This document shows positions 8,177 to 17,945 of a stretch of 64,000 nucleotides of DNA, in pieces. The stretch is from Candidatus Magasanikbacteria bacterium RIFOXYC2_FULL_42_28 (lineage in GTDB: Bacteria; Patescibacteriota; Patescibacteriia; Magasanikbacterales; GWA2-37-8). Location: contig MFQZ01000001.1 of NCBI GenBank assembly GCA_001784435.1, positions 156,205 to 220,204 on the forward strand, read 5' to 3'. The position numbers and the translations under genes were made by a program. The notes beneath the pieces were generated by a model. The model saw only the letters and a program-made list of their open reading frames with translations, was not told the origin of the DNA and searched no databases. The stretch's first letter is position 1, and the number at the start of each line of letters is the position of its first letter.

Positions 8177-9853
8177 ATGGCTAAAATTGAAGCGGAGATT
8201 ATCAAACAGGCAATTCTTTTGCCTAATCTAACTACCGACACGTTTTCTAACCTGAAACGTGATATTTTGCGTAAATTTAAAGCACCTACTAGCCCATCCA
8301 CAGCAGCGCTTCTGAAAGTTTACCACAAATTGACCCGTTTAGGCAAGATTAAGCGATCGGCAATTTTAGAAAAATTACTGGTGCGCCGAGGTGTGAGGAC
8401 TTTGTCGGGCGTGTCTATCGTCACTTCCCTCACTAAACCCTTCCCCTGCCCGGGCAAATGCACCTACTGCCCCAATGATGTCAAAATGCCCAAGAGTTAT
8501 ATTTCCGACGAACCGGCGGCCGCGCGCGCCTTAATGCTCCGCTTTGACCCGTATGACCAAATGGTGCGCCGATTGGAAGCCTTGGCCGATAATGGACACC
8601 CAACTGATAAAATTGAACTCATTATCAAAGGCGGAACTTGGAACTCATACCCGCTTGCTTATCAATATTGGTTTGTCGCCCGCAGTTTTGAAGGCGCCAA
8701 TGAATATTATAGTAAAAAATTAAAAAAGTTTAAAGTTCATAAAGCTGACAGTGAGAATGGTCTAACTGTAAAACAAATTTTAGACAAATTAGCCACTGCC
8801 CAAAAGAAAAATGAAAAAAGCCGTAATCGGATTATTGGCCTGACTTTGGAAACTAGGCCAGATCATGTTACCGAAGCGACAATAAATCAGATGCGTTTGC
8901 AAGGTGCGACGCGCATTGAGCTCGGCGTGCAAACCACCGATGATAAAATTCAAGAACGAACTAAACGCGGGCATAATGCCGAGCAGGCCAAAAACGCGAC
9001 TAAATTACTGCGCCACTATGGTTTTAAAGTGGATTTCCATTTGATGCCCCAACTGCCAGGCTCGACGCCAACGGGTGATTTAAAAATGTTAAAAGAAATT
9101 TTTGCTGACCCGGCATATCGCCCCGATATGGTTAAAATTTATCCCTGCACAGTCGTGGATAACACAGAATTATACGAAGAGGTAAAACGCGGGGAATTTA
9201 AACCCTACTCTGATAAAAAATTAATTGAAATTTTAAAAATTTTTAAAAGCGAAGTTGTCCCATACTATTGCCGGATCTCGCGCCTAATTCGCGATATCCC
9301 CTCTCAACACATTAAAGCCGGCAACACGATGACCAATTTGCGCCAAGTACTTCAAGCCGAATTAAAAGCCGAAGGCAAAAAATGTAAATGCCTACGCTGT
9401 CGCGAAATCGGCCACTCAACAAGTGGCGTGGCTGGTGTTTCCCCCCTCCTGCCCGAGGAGGGGGCGAGGGGGCGGTGGGAGCCAAAATTATTTATAGATA
9501 AATACGCGGCGAGTGGCGGACACGAATATTTTTTAAGTTGGGAAGATAAAAAACGCGAAGTCGTCTATGGCTTCTGTCGCTTACGTGTGGACAAAAACGG
9601 CATCTATCCTGCCTTTATTCGCGAATTGCATGTGTACGGCCAAATGGTAGAAGTAGGTGGACATGAAAAAAGCGCCAGCCAACATTTTGGCTTAGGAAAA
9701 AAATTAATGATTGCTGCGGAAAAAATCGCCAAAAAAGATAAGGCCGGCAAAATTGCGGTTATTGCCGGAATTGGTGTTCGGGAGTATTATAGGAAGACAG
9801 GATATGGGTTGGAGAGTACTTATATGGTTAAAACTCTAAATACTAAGTCCTAA
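8177..9853 (+). CDS. elp3: Elp3-type tRNA modification enzyme (radical SAM + GNAT acetyltransferase)
   Basis: Radical-SAM Cys cluster CPGKCTYCP; C-terminal GNAT Q/R-x-x-G-x-G/A-like segment HFGLGKKLMIAAEKIA. Start moved to MAKIEAEII; the upstream track residues are the family B repeat. Confidence 0.8.
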   Translation: MAKIEAEIIKQAILLPNLTTDTFSNLKRDILRKFKAPTSPSTAALLKVYHKLTRLGKIKRSAILEKLLVRRGVRTLSGVSIVTSLTKPFPCPGKCTYCPNDVKMPKSYISDEPAAARALMLRFDPYDQMVRRLEALADNGHPTDKIELIIKGGTWNSYPLAYQYWFVARSFEGANEYYSKKLKKFKVHKADSENGLTVKQILDKLATAQKKNEKSRNRIIGLTLETRPDHVTEATINQMRLQGATRIELGVQTTDDKIQERTKRGHNAEQAKNATKLLRHYGFKVDFHLMPQLPGSTPTGDLKMLKEIFADPAYRPDMVKIYPCTVVDNTELYEEVKRGEFKPYSDKKLIEILKIFKSEVVPYYCRISRLIRDIPSQHIKAGNTMTNLRQVLQAELKAEGKKCKCLRCREIGHSTSGVAGVSPLLPEEGARGRWEPKLFIDKYAASGGHEYFLSWEDKKREVVYGFCRLRVDKNGIYPAFIRELHVYGQMVEVGGHEKSASQHFGLGKKLMIAAEKIAKKDKAGKIAVIAGIGVREYYRKTGYGLESTYMVKTLNTKS

Positions 9854-9957
9854 ACCCTAAACAAATCCTAATGTTCAAAATCTAAACTATCAATTTTGAA
9901 CATTTGAATTTGAAATTTTGAACTTGTTTAGAATTTAGGGTTTAGTATTTAGAATTT
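9846..9957. repeat. family C palindromic element (arms tctaaa(c/t)tctaaa... / tagaatttagggtttagtatttagaat)
   Basis: cctaaaccctaaacaaatcctaatgttcaaaatctaaac...ttgtttagaatttagggtttagtatttagaattt. Confidence 0.6.
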
Positions 9958-9967
9958 AAATAAAAAT

Positions 9968-10363
9968 ATGTATCTGCCTCCCAATTCCATCATCGCCTCC
10001 GGACCGGTTATAATTGAAAACGGAAAAGTTTTATTAGACCGCGAAAACAAAAACGGAAAAATTACCGACTGGTTTTTCCCGGGTGGCGGAGTTGAGGATT
10101 TTGATATTTCTTTAGAAGAAACTTGCCGACGCGAAGTAAGAGAAGAAATGGGAATTGAAATTGAGATAATTAGACCGCTTGACACTTTATTAACAAAAGA
10201 AGACGGGCACACTGCTATTTTAGTCCATTATTTAGCCAAGCGAATTGGTGAGATAAAACCCGGGGCTGACATCGCCGACTGGGCTTGGCATGATATAAAA
10301 AATTTACCAGATAATTGCGCACCTAATGTATATGAAATAGTAAATAAAATAATCAATATCTAA
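9968..10363 (+). CDS. NUDIX hydrolase
   Basis: Nudix box GGGVEDFDISLEETCRREVREEMGIE. Confidence 0.8.
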   Translation: MYLPPNSIIASGPVIIENGKVLLDRENKNGKITDWFFPGGGVEDFDISLEETCRREVREEMGIEIEIIRPLDTLLTKEDGHTAILVHYLAKRIGEIKPGADIADWAWHDIKNLPDNCAPNVYEIVNKIINI

Positions 10364-10364
10364 T

Positions 10365-10949
10365 ATGCCTGGTGAAAAAAGACCAACCCCTAACCCCCCA
10401 GAAGCAAAATATTTAATCAGAAACCTGGAAAGAAGGCGGAGACTTCTCGCGCGTTTCTCCGAAAAAAAGAGTGGGGAAATTCCGGAATTGGTAATAAAGG
10501 ACACGTTATTAAAATTTTTGGATAAGAGTTACAACGGCAAAACTAGCGAAGAAATTGTCGACTTTAACAAAAGGATATACATGCTTTTAAATCGCTCCGC
10601 CTCATTACCGGTCAGAAAACAAGACACGGCGCCAGTAACCAGTATGTATGCTTACCAACAAAAAGGTGCGCGACGAATAAACGAACAAACATACAAAAAA
10701 TTTTTGAGTGAAGTTAAAAAAATAATAGAACTTTGCCAAGAACATGGTATTTCTTTAAAATCAATTACTGGTATGCAAAATGGACTTGGAGTGCCGGATA
10801 CTGGTGTTCTAGATAAACTGCTACAATGGTGCGCAGATAAGAAGGTTGATCTTAAATCAATTACGGGTATGCAAATGGGAATACCAACTGTTGAGGTACT
10901 AAGCGCATTGTTGGGCGAAGGAAAATTAGAAACAATCCAAAAAATATAA
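10365..10949 (+). CDS. hypothetical protein with internal KSITGMQ duplication
   Basis: ORF follows the NUDIX stop directly; two copies of LKSITGMQxG. Confidence 0.45.
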   Translation: MPGEKRPTPNPPEAKYLIRNLERRRRLLARFSEKKSGEIPELVIKDTLLKFLDKSYNGKTSEEIVDFNKRIYMLLNRSASLPVRKQDTAPVTSMYAYQQKGARRINEQTYKKFLSEVKKIIELCQEHGISLKSITGMQNGLGVPDTGVLDKLLQWCADKKVDLKSITGMQMGIPTVEVLSALLGEGKLETIQKI

Positions 10950-10997
10950 TCACTCATCCAAATACCAAATGTTTATGAAATAATAAAAACCCTTTAA

Positions 10998-11066
10998 TTG
11001 TCATCCTGAACTTGTTTCAGGATCTCATCGCATAACACGGGATGCTGAAACAAGTTCAGCATGACA
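10998..11066. repeat. family B element upstream of glyA
   Basis: tgtcatcctgaacttgtttcaggatctcatcgcataacacgggatgctgaaacaagttcagcatgaca. Confidence 0.55.
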
Positions 11067-11131
11067 AAAAATTTTGATTTTTTCACCCTACGGGTGACCA
11101 CCCGAAGGGTGGAAATTTTAAATTTACTATT

Positions 11132-12379
11132 ATGAACCACCAAAAACTCGCCCAATTCGACCCCATAGTCGCCGCTTCCATTAAACACGAACTTAACCGC
11201 CAAGAAACCGGACTGGAAATGATCCCTTCGGAAAATTTTGTTTCCGTTGCGGTATTGGAAGCGCTCGGCTCGGTTTTAACCAATAAATATTCGGAAGGGT
11301 ACCCGGGCAAACGCTATTACGGCGGTTGTGAATTTATTGATGAGGTAGAACAATTGGCCATTGATCGCGCCAAGCAACTTTTTGGCGCCGAGCATGTTAA
11401 CGTTCAACCATTATCCGGCGCGCCCGCCAATATCGCTGTGTATTTCGCGCTTTTAAAACCCGGCGATACAATTTTGGGGATGGATTTGTCGCACGGTGGG
11501 CATTTGACGCACGGGCATCCGGTTACCCACATGGCGAAAATTTTTAATTTTATTCGTTATAAAACCAATGCCGAAGGTAAAATTGATTTGGATAATTTAC
11601 GCGCGATGGCGTTAGAGCACAAACCCAAAATGATTTTGGTGGGCTACTCGGCGTATTCGCGCGAAATTGAATATGAAAAAATTAAAGCAATCGCGGACGA
11701 AGTAGGCGCGCTCACCATGGCGGATATAGCGCACATTGCCGGACTGATTGCCGGTGGACAAATGAATAATCCCGTGCCAATTTTTGATGTGGTAACTACT
11801 ACCACGCACAAAACTTTACGCGGTCCGCGCGGAGCGATAATTATGTGCAAAGAAAAAATCGCTAAAGAAATTGACAAATCTGTTTTCCCCGGCTTTCAAG
11901 GTGGCCCACACGAAAATAATATTGCCGCCAAAGCGATTGCGTTTAAGGAGGCCTTGGAACCGGCCTACAAAGAATACGCCCGCCAAATTAAAGTCAACGC
12001 CAAAGTGTTAGAAAAGAAATTTAACGATTTTGGTTACAAATTAATGTTTGGTGGCACGGATAATCATTTATTGTTAATTGATGTTACGCCGAAAGGATTG
12101 TCAGGCAAAGAAGCACAGATCGCGTTAGACAAAGCCGGAATTACGGTAAATAAAAATATGATTCCGGATGATCCACGCTCGCCAATGGATCCGTCCGGAA
12201 TTCGGCTCGGCACGCCAGCGTTAACCACTCGCGGATTTAAAGAAGCGGAAATGGAATTGGTAGGAAATTGGATTAATGAAGCGATTGAAAATTGGAAGGA
12301 TGACGGTAAACTAGCTGAAATTAAAAACAAGGTGTTAGAATTAACTAAAAAATTCCCGCTTTATCCGGAGCTACAGTAA
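11132..12379 (+). CDS. glyA: serine hydroxymethyltransferase
   Basis: SHMT signature HLTHGHPV and PLP-lysine region [14 protein letters not shown]. Confidence 0.95.
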   Translation: MNHQKLAQFDPIVAASIKHELNRQETGLEMIPSENFVSVAVLEALGSVLTNKYSEGYPGKRYYGGCEFIDEVEQLAIDRAKQLFGAEHVNVQPLSGAPANIAVYFALLKPGDTILGMDLSHGGHLTHGHPVTHMAKIFNFIRYKTNAEGKIDLDNLRAMALEHKPKMILVGYSAYSREIEYEKIKAIADEVGALTMADIAHIAGLIAGGQMNNPVPIFDVVTTTTHKTLRGPRGAIIMCKEKIAKEIDKSVFPGFQGGPHENNIAAKAIAFKEALEPAYKEYARQIKVNAKVLEKKFNDFGYKLMFGGTDNHLLLIDVTPKGLSGKEAQIALDKAGITVNKNMIPDDPRSPMDPSGIRLGTPALTTRGFKEAEMELVGNWINEAIENWKDDGKLAEIKNKVLELTKKFPLYPELQ

Positions 12380-12387
12380 ATTACCAT

Positions 12388-12530
12388 TGTCATTCCGACG
12401 ACGAAGGAGGAATCTCTATCCCGTTGGCCATTGTAGACCGAATGGAGATCCCTCGTCGGATGCGAATCCTCGCTCGGGATGACAAAGAGGCAACGACGGA
12501 CAGAGATCCCGACTTTCGTCGGGATGACAA
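12388..12530. repeat. two tandem family B elements in the helicase 5' UTR
   Basis: tgtcattccgacgacgaaggaggaatctc...cgctcgggatgaca, then cagagatcccgactttcgtcgggatgaca. Confidence 0.55.
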
Positions 12531-12540
12531 TAAAAAAATC

Positions 12541-13980
12541 ATGTTACAAATACAAGCGCTTGAAATATTAAAAACCGGCGCCAATGTTTTTTTAACCGGC
12601 GAACCGGGTGCAGGTAAAACGCATACCATCAACGAGTATGCGCAGTATTTGCGCGCGCATGAAATTGAACCGGCGATTACCGCGGCAACTGGAATTGCGG
12701 CCACGCATTTGGGCGGAGTTACTATTCATTCGTGGAGTGGGATTGGCATTAAATCCGAATTAACCAAATTGGATTTGAACTATATCAACTCCAATAAATA
12801 TGTGACCAAACGAATTAAGCCGGCGAAAGTTTTGGTTATTGACGAAGTGTCAATGCTTTCGCCCAGCACTTTGGCGATGGTGGACGCGGTCTGTCGGCGC
12901 GTAAAACAAAACATTGCGCCGTTTGGTGGAATGCAAATAATTTTGGTAGGTGATTTTTTTCAGCTACCACCAATTGTAAAAAATAATTACGACAAAACAC
13001 CCACACTGCTGAACGAAACTGTACCTCGCTTCGCCTACGACTCCCCCGCTTGGGAGCGCGCGAATTTTATCACCTGTTATTTAACCGAACAATATCGCCA
13101 AGATGATGCCAACTTTTTGGATATTTTGACAGCGATTAGACGCAACAATTTTACCAATGATCATTTGGGCTGTATCAAAACCCGCAAAATTGAACTGCGC
13201 CAAATACCGGAAGACATTACTAAACTTTACACGCACAATGTTGACGTGGACACGGTAAATTCAAAAAAATTAGCCCTACTGCCAAACGAACCGTGCGAAT
13301 ATTTGATGAACGAACACGGTCATAGTTTTTTGACAGCCACCTTAAAAAAGGGCTGTCTGTCGCCCGAAGTGCTCCATCTAAAAATCGGCGCATCCGTAAT
13401 GTTTACCAAAAATAATTCGCGCGAAGGTTATGTGAATGGTACGCTCGGAACCGTCATCGGCTTTGAACCAGCGACCAGCTGGCCGGTAGTCAAAACCAAA
13501 AACGGCCAAAGAATTGAGGTAACGCCGGTGGATTGGACCATTGAAGAAGATGGCAAAGTCCGCGCCAAAATCACCCAGTTGCCCCTACGTTTGGCCTGGG
13601 CGATTACCGTGCACAAAAGCCAAGGGATGAGCTTGGACGAGGCCACGATGGATTTATCGCAGGTGTTTGAATATGGCCAAGGGTATGTGGCGCTCTCGCG
13701 CGTACGGCGCTTGTCGGGCTTACATCTGTTGGGTTGGAATGAACGCTCATTTCAAGTGCACCCGGAAGTTTTAGCCAAAGATGAATCATTTCGGACAGCG
13801 TCAAAAACAGCCGAAAAGGAATTTATAAAATTCACTCCCAAAGATTTAAAACAACAACACTTAAATTTTGTGGCCAGATGCGCCGGCCGGTTTATCGTGC
13901 CCGGTTCGGAAAAAAAGATTCTGGTCGCAAGCAAAGTATTTAAAAAGAAGAAAAAGAAGAAAACAATTGGTAAATTTTGA
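12541..13980 (+). CDS. RecD/Pif1-family ATP-dependent DNA helicase
   Basis: Walker A GEPGAGKTHT, VLVIDEVSML, QLPPI, ITVHKSQGMSLD; poly-Lys C-terminal tail. Start moved to MLQIQALEIL; the upstream track residues translate the B repeats. Confidence 0.8.
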   Translation: MLQIQALEILKTGANVFLTGEPGAGKTHTINEYAQYLRAHEIEPAITAATGIAATHLGGVTIHSWSGIGIKSELTKLDLNYINSNKYVTKRIKPAKVLVIDEVSMLSPSTLAMVDAVCRRVKQNIAPFGGMQIILVGDFFQLPPIVKNNYDKTPTLLNETVPRFAYDSPAWERANFITCYLTEQYRQDDANFLDILTAIRRNNFTNDHLGCIKTRKIELRQIPEDITKLYTHNVDVDTVNSKKLALLPNEPCEYLMNEHGHSFLTATLKKGCLSPEVLHLKIGASVMFTKNNSREGYVNGTLGTVIGFEPATSWPVVKTKNGQRIEVTPVDWTIEEDGKVRAKITQLPLRLAWAITVHKSQGMSLDEATMDLSQVFEYGQGYVALSRVRRLSGLHLLGWNERSFQVHPEVLAKDESFRTASKTAEKEFIKFTPKDLKQQHLNFVARCAGRFIVPGSEKKILVASKVFKKKKKKKTIGKF

Positions 13981-14026
13981 ATTTTACATTGTCACTTTCC
14001 CGCCATAGGCGGGTCCGCCTATGGCG

Positions 14027-14080
14027 GAAATATTGGACATTTTTTTGGAAATTGGAAATTGGAAATTTGACATTATCAAA
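14027..14080. repeat. partial family A element between convergent helicase and pyk
   Basis: ggacatttttttggaaattggaaattggaaatttgacatt. Confidence 0.5.
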
Positions 14081-15509
14081 TCACTTCCCGCACCTCCACC
14101 AAATTCACATGCCCGGCTTCCCCTACCGGCTCACCGGCCACAACAATCATCTTGTCCCCTTTATTAGCAAACTTTTCTTTTTTAATGTAAACCATTGATT
14201 TTTTTATCAACTCTTCAATCGTTTTGCAGACCGGCAAAATAAACGGCTTAACGCCCCATGATAAATTTAATTGTCGCTGGACGCGCGCGTCATGCGTGGC
14301 CACGAGCACCGGAATTTCACTACGAAGGTGGCTAATCATCCGGCCAGTCTCGCCGGTTAAAGACGCGGCTAAAATTAATTTAGCGCCCACATTCTCTGCT
14401 AATAACCGCGACAATTGCACAATTGATTCGTCTACTTGCGAACCTTTTTTGCGTATCACCGCCCCGGGCAAGTCATCATAAGTGGACGCCTCCGTAACCA
14501 TCACGATTTCGGCCATAGTCCGCACGGACAGCGCCGGAAATTTGCCAACCGCGGTTTCATTAGATAACATCACCGCATCGGTGTGATCAATAACGGCATT
14601 AGCGATATCGGACACTTCAGCACGCGTCGGACGGATATGCTCTTGCATGGAATCTAACATTTGCGTCGCCACAATTACGGGCTTCGCGGCCGCGTTGCAT
14701 AAATCAATTAAACGTTTTTGCACCAAAGGCACTTGCGCGGCCGGCAATTCTACCCCCATATCGCCACGCGCCACCATAATACCATCAGCGACCGCGATAA
14801 TTTTTTCCATATTGGCCACGGCCGATTGATTTTCAATTTTAGCAATAATTTTTGTCGGACTACCCGAATTTATTTTATGAGTTTTTTCAATTTTGGTAAT
14901 TAAAGCGCGCGCCTGTTTAATATCGTCAGCCGAATGCACAAACGACAGCGCGACCGCGTCGACGCCCAATTTAATACAAAATTCCAAATCCGCTTTATCT
15001 TTGTCTGTTAAAGACAGCATATCCAATTTGCTATCCGGCAAATTAACGCCTTTGCGCGCGCTGACGAGTCCACCTTCGGCTACCGTCGCGAAAATCTTAT
15101 CTTTGGAAACGCGGGTGATTTTTAAAGCGATTTTACCATCATCAATTAATACCCGCTCTCCCGCGCGCAAACATTTTTGCAGACCAAAAAAATCTACCGG
15201 TATTACTCCGGCTTCATTGGTTTTGCTTTCCGGCGCTAAAACCACTTTTTGATTAATTTTTAAAACGACCGGGACGCGTAAATTTCCCAAACGAAATTTG
15301 GGGCCACGCATATCGGCCATTATCAAAACCGGCTCGTGATATTTTTTCCCGGCAACGCGAATGGCGCGATACAACCGGCGATGTTCATTATGCGAACCGT
15401 GCGAAAAATTAAGCCGAGCGCAATTTAAGCCGGCGCGAACCATTTGAGAAATAATTTTGCCACTGGCCGAGGCCGGGCCGATGGTGGCGACAATTTTAGT
15501 GCGTTTCAT
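14076..15509 (-). CDS. pyk: pyruvate kinase
   Basis: MKRTKIVATIGPAS..., MVARGDMGVE motif. Confidence 0.9.
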   Translation of the reverse strand: MKRTKIVATIGPASASGKIISQMVRAGLNCARLNFSHGSHNEHRRLYRAIRVAGKKYHEPVLIMADMRGPKFRLGNLRVPVVLKINQKVVLAPESKTNEAGVIPVDFFGLQKCLRAGERVLIDDGKIALKITRVSKDKIFATVAEGGLVSARKGVNLPDSKLDMLSLTDKDKADLEFCIKLGVDAVALSFVHSADDIKQARALITKIEKTHKINSGSPTKIIAKIENQSAVANMEKIIAVADGIMVARGDMGVELPAAQVPLVQKRLIDLCNAAAKPVIVATQMLDSMQEHIRPTRAEVSDIANAVIDHTDAVMLSNETAVGKFPALSVRTMAEIVMVTEASTYDDLPGAVIRKKGSQVDESIVQLSRLLAENVGAKLILAASLTGETGRMISHLRSEIPVLVATHDARVQRQLNLSWGVKPFILPVCKTIEELIKKSMVYIKKEKFANKGDKMIVVAGEPVGEAGHVNLVEVREVI

Positions 15510-15967
15510 TTTAGCAATGTTTTTAGTTGCTCTTTTTCCGCTTCGCCAATCGGCAATAACTGCATCAATTGTTCCAAAGAGTAGTTAGGCTTATCACCGC
15601 TCACATTGGCACCGGTGATATTTTCAAACACCTCTTTAAACTGACCAAGATACGGCGGTAAAAACCACAGCGCCAAAATAATCGGAACAACAATGAGCGC
15701 GAGCCGCAACCACCCGGCCACGGCCGACCAGCGCAATTTACGATTAATTTTACGATTCTGCTCGTAAATAATTTGCGACCATTTTAAATTTTTCTCTATC
15801 AACTCGCGCAAGTCCGCTTCGGAAGCGGGTGGTTTTTTGTCATTCTGAGGAAGCGTAGCGACCGAAGAATCCCTTACAGTTTGCGTTAAGGGATCCTTCG
15901 TTTCACTCAGGATGACAGGTGCGGATGTTGCCACCGTTTTTTCAACAGTATTTTTATGTTTAAACAT
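15506..15967 (-). CDS. hypothetical membrane protein; 5' part overlaps a family B element
   Basis: A C-terminal TM helix; residues VILSETKDPLTQTVRDSSVATLPQNDKKP are the in-frame translation of the B element at 15836-15917, so the true start is uncertain. Confidence 0.35.
   Translation of the reverse strand: MFKHKNTVEKTVATSAPVILSETKDPLTQTVRDSSVATLPQNDKKPPASEADLRELIEKNLKWSQIIYEQNRKINRKLRWSAVAGWLRLALIVVPIILALWFLPPYLGQFKEVFENITGANVSGDKPNYSLEQLMQLLPIGEAEKEQLKTLLK
15836..15917. repeat. family B element (close relative of copy at 61728-61800)
   Basis: tgtcattctgaggaagcgtagcgaccgaagaatcccttacagtttgcgttaagggatccttcgtttcactcaggatgaca. Confidence 0.55.
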
Positions 15968-15971
15968 ACAA

Positions 15972-16430
15972 TCATGATTTATTTGGTTTCAGTTTTTTCA
16001 ATTCTTTTTCAAAAGCCGACGCGTCTTTAAAATCACGATACACGCTCGCGAAACGGATATAGGCCACCTTATCAAAAGTGCGCAAATGTTTCATCACTAA
16101 TTCGCCAATTTCTTTACCGGAAATTTCCCGTTTCTTTTTCTTTTGAATATCACGCTCAACGGCGTGGATTAAACGATGAAATTTTTCGTGCGTATAGGGA
16201 CGTTTAGTTAAAGACCGACGGATACCATTTTCCACTTTTTCCCGAATATATCCTTCGCGGTTGCCGTCGCCTTTAATTACCACAATATCCAATAACTCTA
16301 TTTCTTCAATAGTTGAAAATCGATAACGGCATTTTTCACACTCACGCCGACGACGCACCGCCAAATCATTAACGGTCGCGCGCGTATCCACCACGCTCGT
16401 GTCGGCAAAATTACAGACGGGACAACGCAT
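15972..16430 (-). CDS. nrdR: transcriptional repressor NrdR
   Basis: N-terminal zinc ribbon CPVC...CEKC plus ATP-cone. Confidence 0.9.
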   Translation of the reverse strand: MRCPVCNFADTSVVDTRATVNDLAVRRRRECEKCRYRFSTIEEIELLDIVVIKGDGNREGYIREKVENGIRRSLTKRPYTHEKFHRLIHAVERDIQKKKKREISGKEIGELVMKHLRTFDKVAYIRFASVYRDFKDASAFEKELKKLKPNKS

Positions 16431-16439
16431 ATTAAATTA

Positions 16440-16476
16440 AAAAAACATACCTACATTATACCACAATATTTGAAAT
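16440..16476 (-). promoter_or_regulatory. promoter with extended -10 (ttgtggtataat) for nrdR
   Basis: Minus strand: atattgtggtataatgtagg, followed about 25 nt later by the ATG. Confidence 0.5.
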
Positions 16477-16504
16477 ATAAAAAATTATGCGCAACTTCGG
16501 CATT

Positions 16505-16612
16505 TTAATGTCAAATTTCCAATGTCAAATGTCAAATCAAATCCAAAACCAAAATATCAAATAACGATTGTGGTGAATTGGAAATTGGAAATTTGGATTT
16601 TGACATTATCAC
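16505..16612. repeat. family A palindromic element immediately after ftsZ stop
   Basis: atgtcaaatttccaatgtcaaatgtcaaatcaaatccaaaacc...ggaaattggaaatttggattttgacatt. Confidence 0.7.
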
Positions 16613-16613
16613 T

Positions 16614-17834
16614 CTATATTCCCATTTTCTTCCGAATAAACGCCGGGATTTCCAAATCATCATCGGCCTTAGAGGCGGCCGTAACCACATCGTGGCGCTT
16701 GGCCAAATCGTGCGCCGGCGTATCCGTGTCAGTGATATTTTTTTGAGTGAACTGTTTGAATTTTTTTTCTTCTTCGGCCTCTTCTTTTTGAGTGCGACGC
16801 AAGAAATTGCTGGGCGCGTATTTAGCCGCGGAAAAAAACGAGGTCGCATTTTCTTCGGCTGTCAAAACCGGTGTTGGACGATGGCTATCAAAACCGGTGG
16901 CGATTACGTTAATGCGTAAATTATCTTCCATACTTTCGTCTACTGCCATACCCCAGATAACCTTGGCATCATCGGCCGCGCTACTCGTAATAATTTTGGC
17001 CGCCTCATCCACTTCGCTCATAGTAATACCGGAGCTACCGGTAATAGTGAATAAAATACCATGCGCGCCGTCAATGGACAATTCCAAAAGCGGACTGGAG
17101 ATCGCCGCTTGGGCCGCGGTTACGGCGCGATTTTCGCCTTTACCCATACCAATACCCATTAAAGCCGAACCGGTATTGCGCATAATCGTGCGCACGTCCG
17201 CGAAATCAACATTGACCATGCCTGGGACGGTAATTAATTCGGAAATACCTTGAACGCCCTGGCGCAAAATATCATCAATAGTTTGAAAGGCCGTCAGCAA
17301 AGAGGTTTTTTTGTCAATCACCTGCAAGACGCGATCGTTCGGGATGGTAATAATGGTATCCACATTGCGCGCCAATTCTTCCCAAGCATTTTCGGCAATA
17401 TCACGTCGTTGCGGACCTTCAAATGAAAACGGTTTGGTGACAACCGCGACCGTGAGCGCCCCCAAATCGCGCGCCACTTCCGCCACGACCGGAGACGCGC
17501 CTGAACCGGTGCCACCACCCAAACCACAAGTAATAAAAACCATGTCAGTATCTTTTAACAAATCGCGAATTTCATTTTGTGATTCTTCGGCCGCCTTACG
17601 CCCCACTTCCGGATCCATCCCCGCGCCGAGCCCGCGCGTAATCCCTTTGCCAATATGTAATTTATTGGGCGCGCTACTATGATGTAAGGCCTGAACATCG
17701 GTATTCATCACCACAAACTCCACGCCCCGAATTTTAGCGGAAAGCATGCGATTGACAGCCGCGCCACCCGAACCGCCGATACCAACTACTTTAATTTTGG
17801 CAAATGTTTCCATTTCCGGTTTTACTTGAGGCAT
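16614..17834 (-). CDS. ftsZ: cell division GTPase FtsZ
   Basis: Tubulin signature GGGTGSGASPVVA. Confidence 0.95.
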   Translation of the reverse strand: MPQVKPEMETFAKIKVVGIGGSGGAAVNRMLSAKIRGVEFVVMNTDVQALHHSSAPNKLHIGKGITRGLGAGMDPEVGRKAAEESQNEIRDLLKDTDMVFITCGLGGGTGSGASPVVAEVARDLGALTVAVVTKPFSFEGPQRRDIAENAWEELARNVDTIITIPNDRVLQVIDKKTSLLTAFQTIDDILRQGVQGISELITVPGMVNVDFADVRTIMRNTGSALMGIGMGKGENRAVTAAQAAISSPLLELSIDGAHGILFTITGSSGITMSEVDEAAKIITSSAADDAKVIWGMAVDESMEDNLRINVIATGFDSHRPTPVLTAEENATSFFSAAKYAPSNFLRRTQKEEAEEEKKFKQFTQKNITDTDTPAHDLAKRHDVVTAASKADDDLEIPAFIRKKMGI

Positions 17835-17945
17835 ACAATTGATTGTTAAAAATTTTTGCTTGAATACAAATTGTATTCAAGCCCTTAAATAAAAATAGCG
17901 AAGGAGTGCCTTCGCTATATAGTGTATAATTTTAACAAAGTTATG

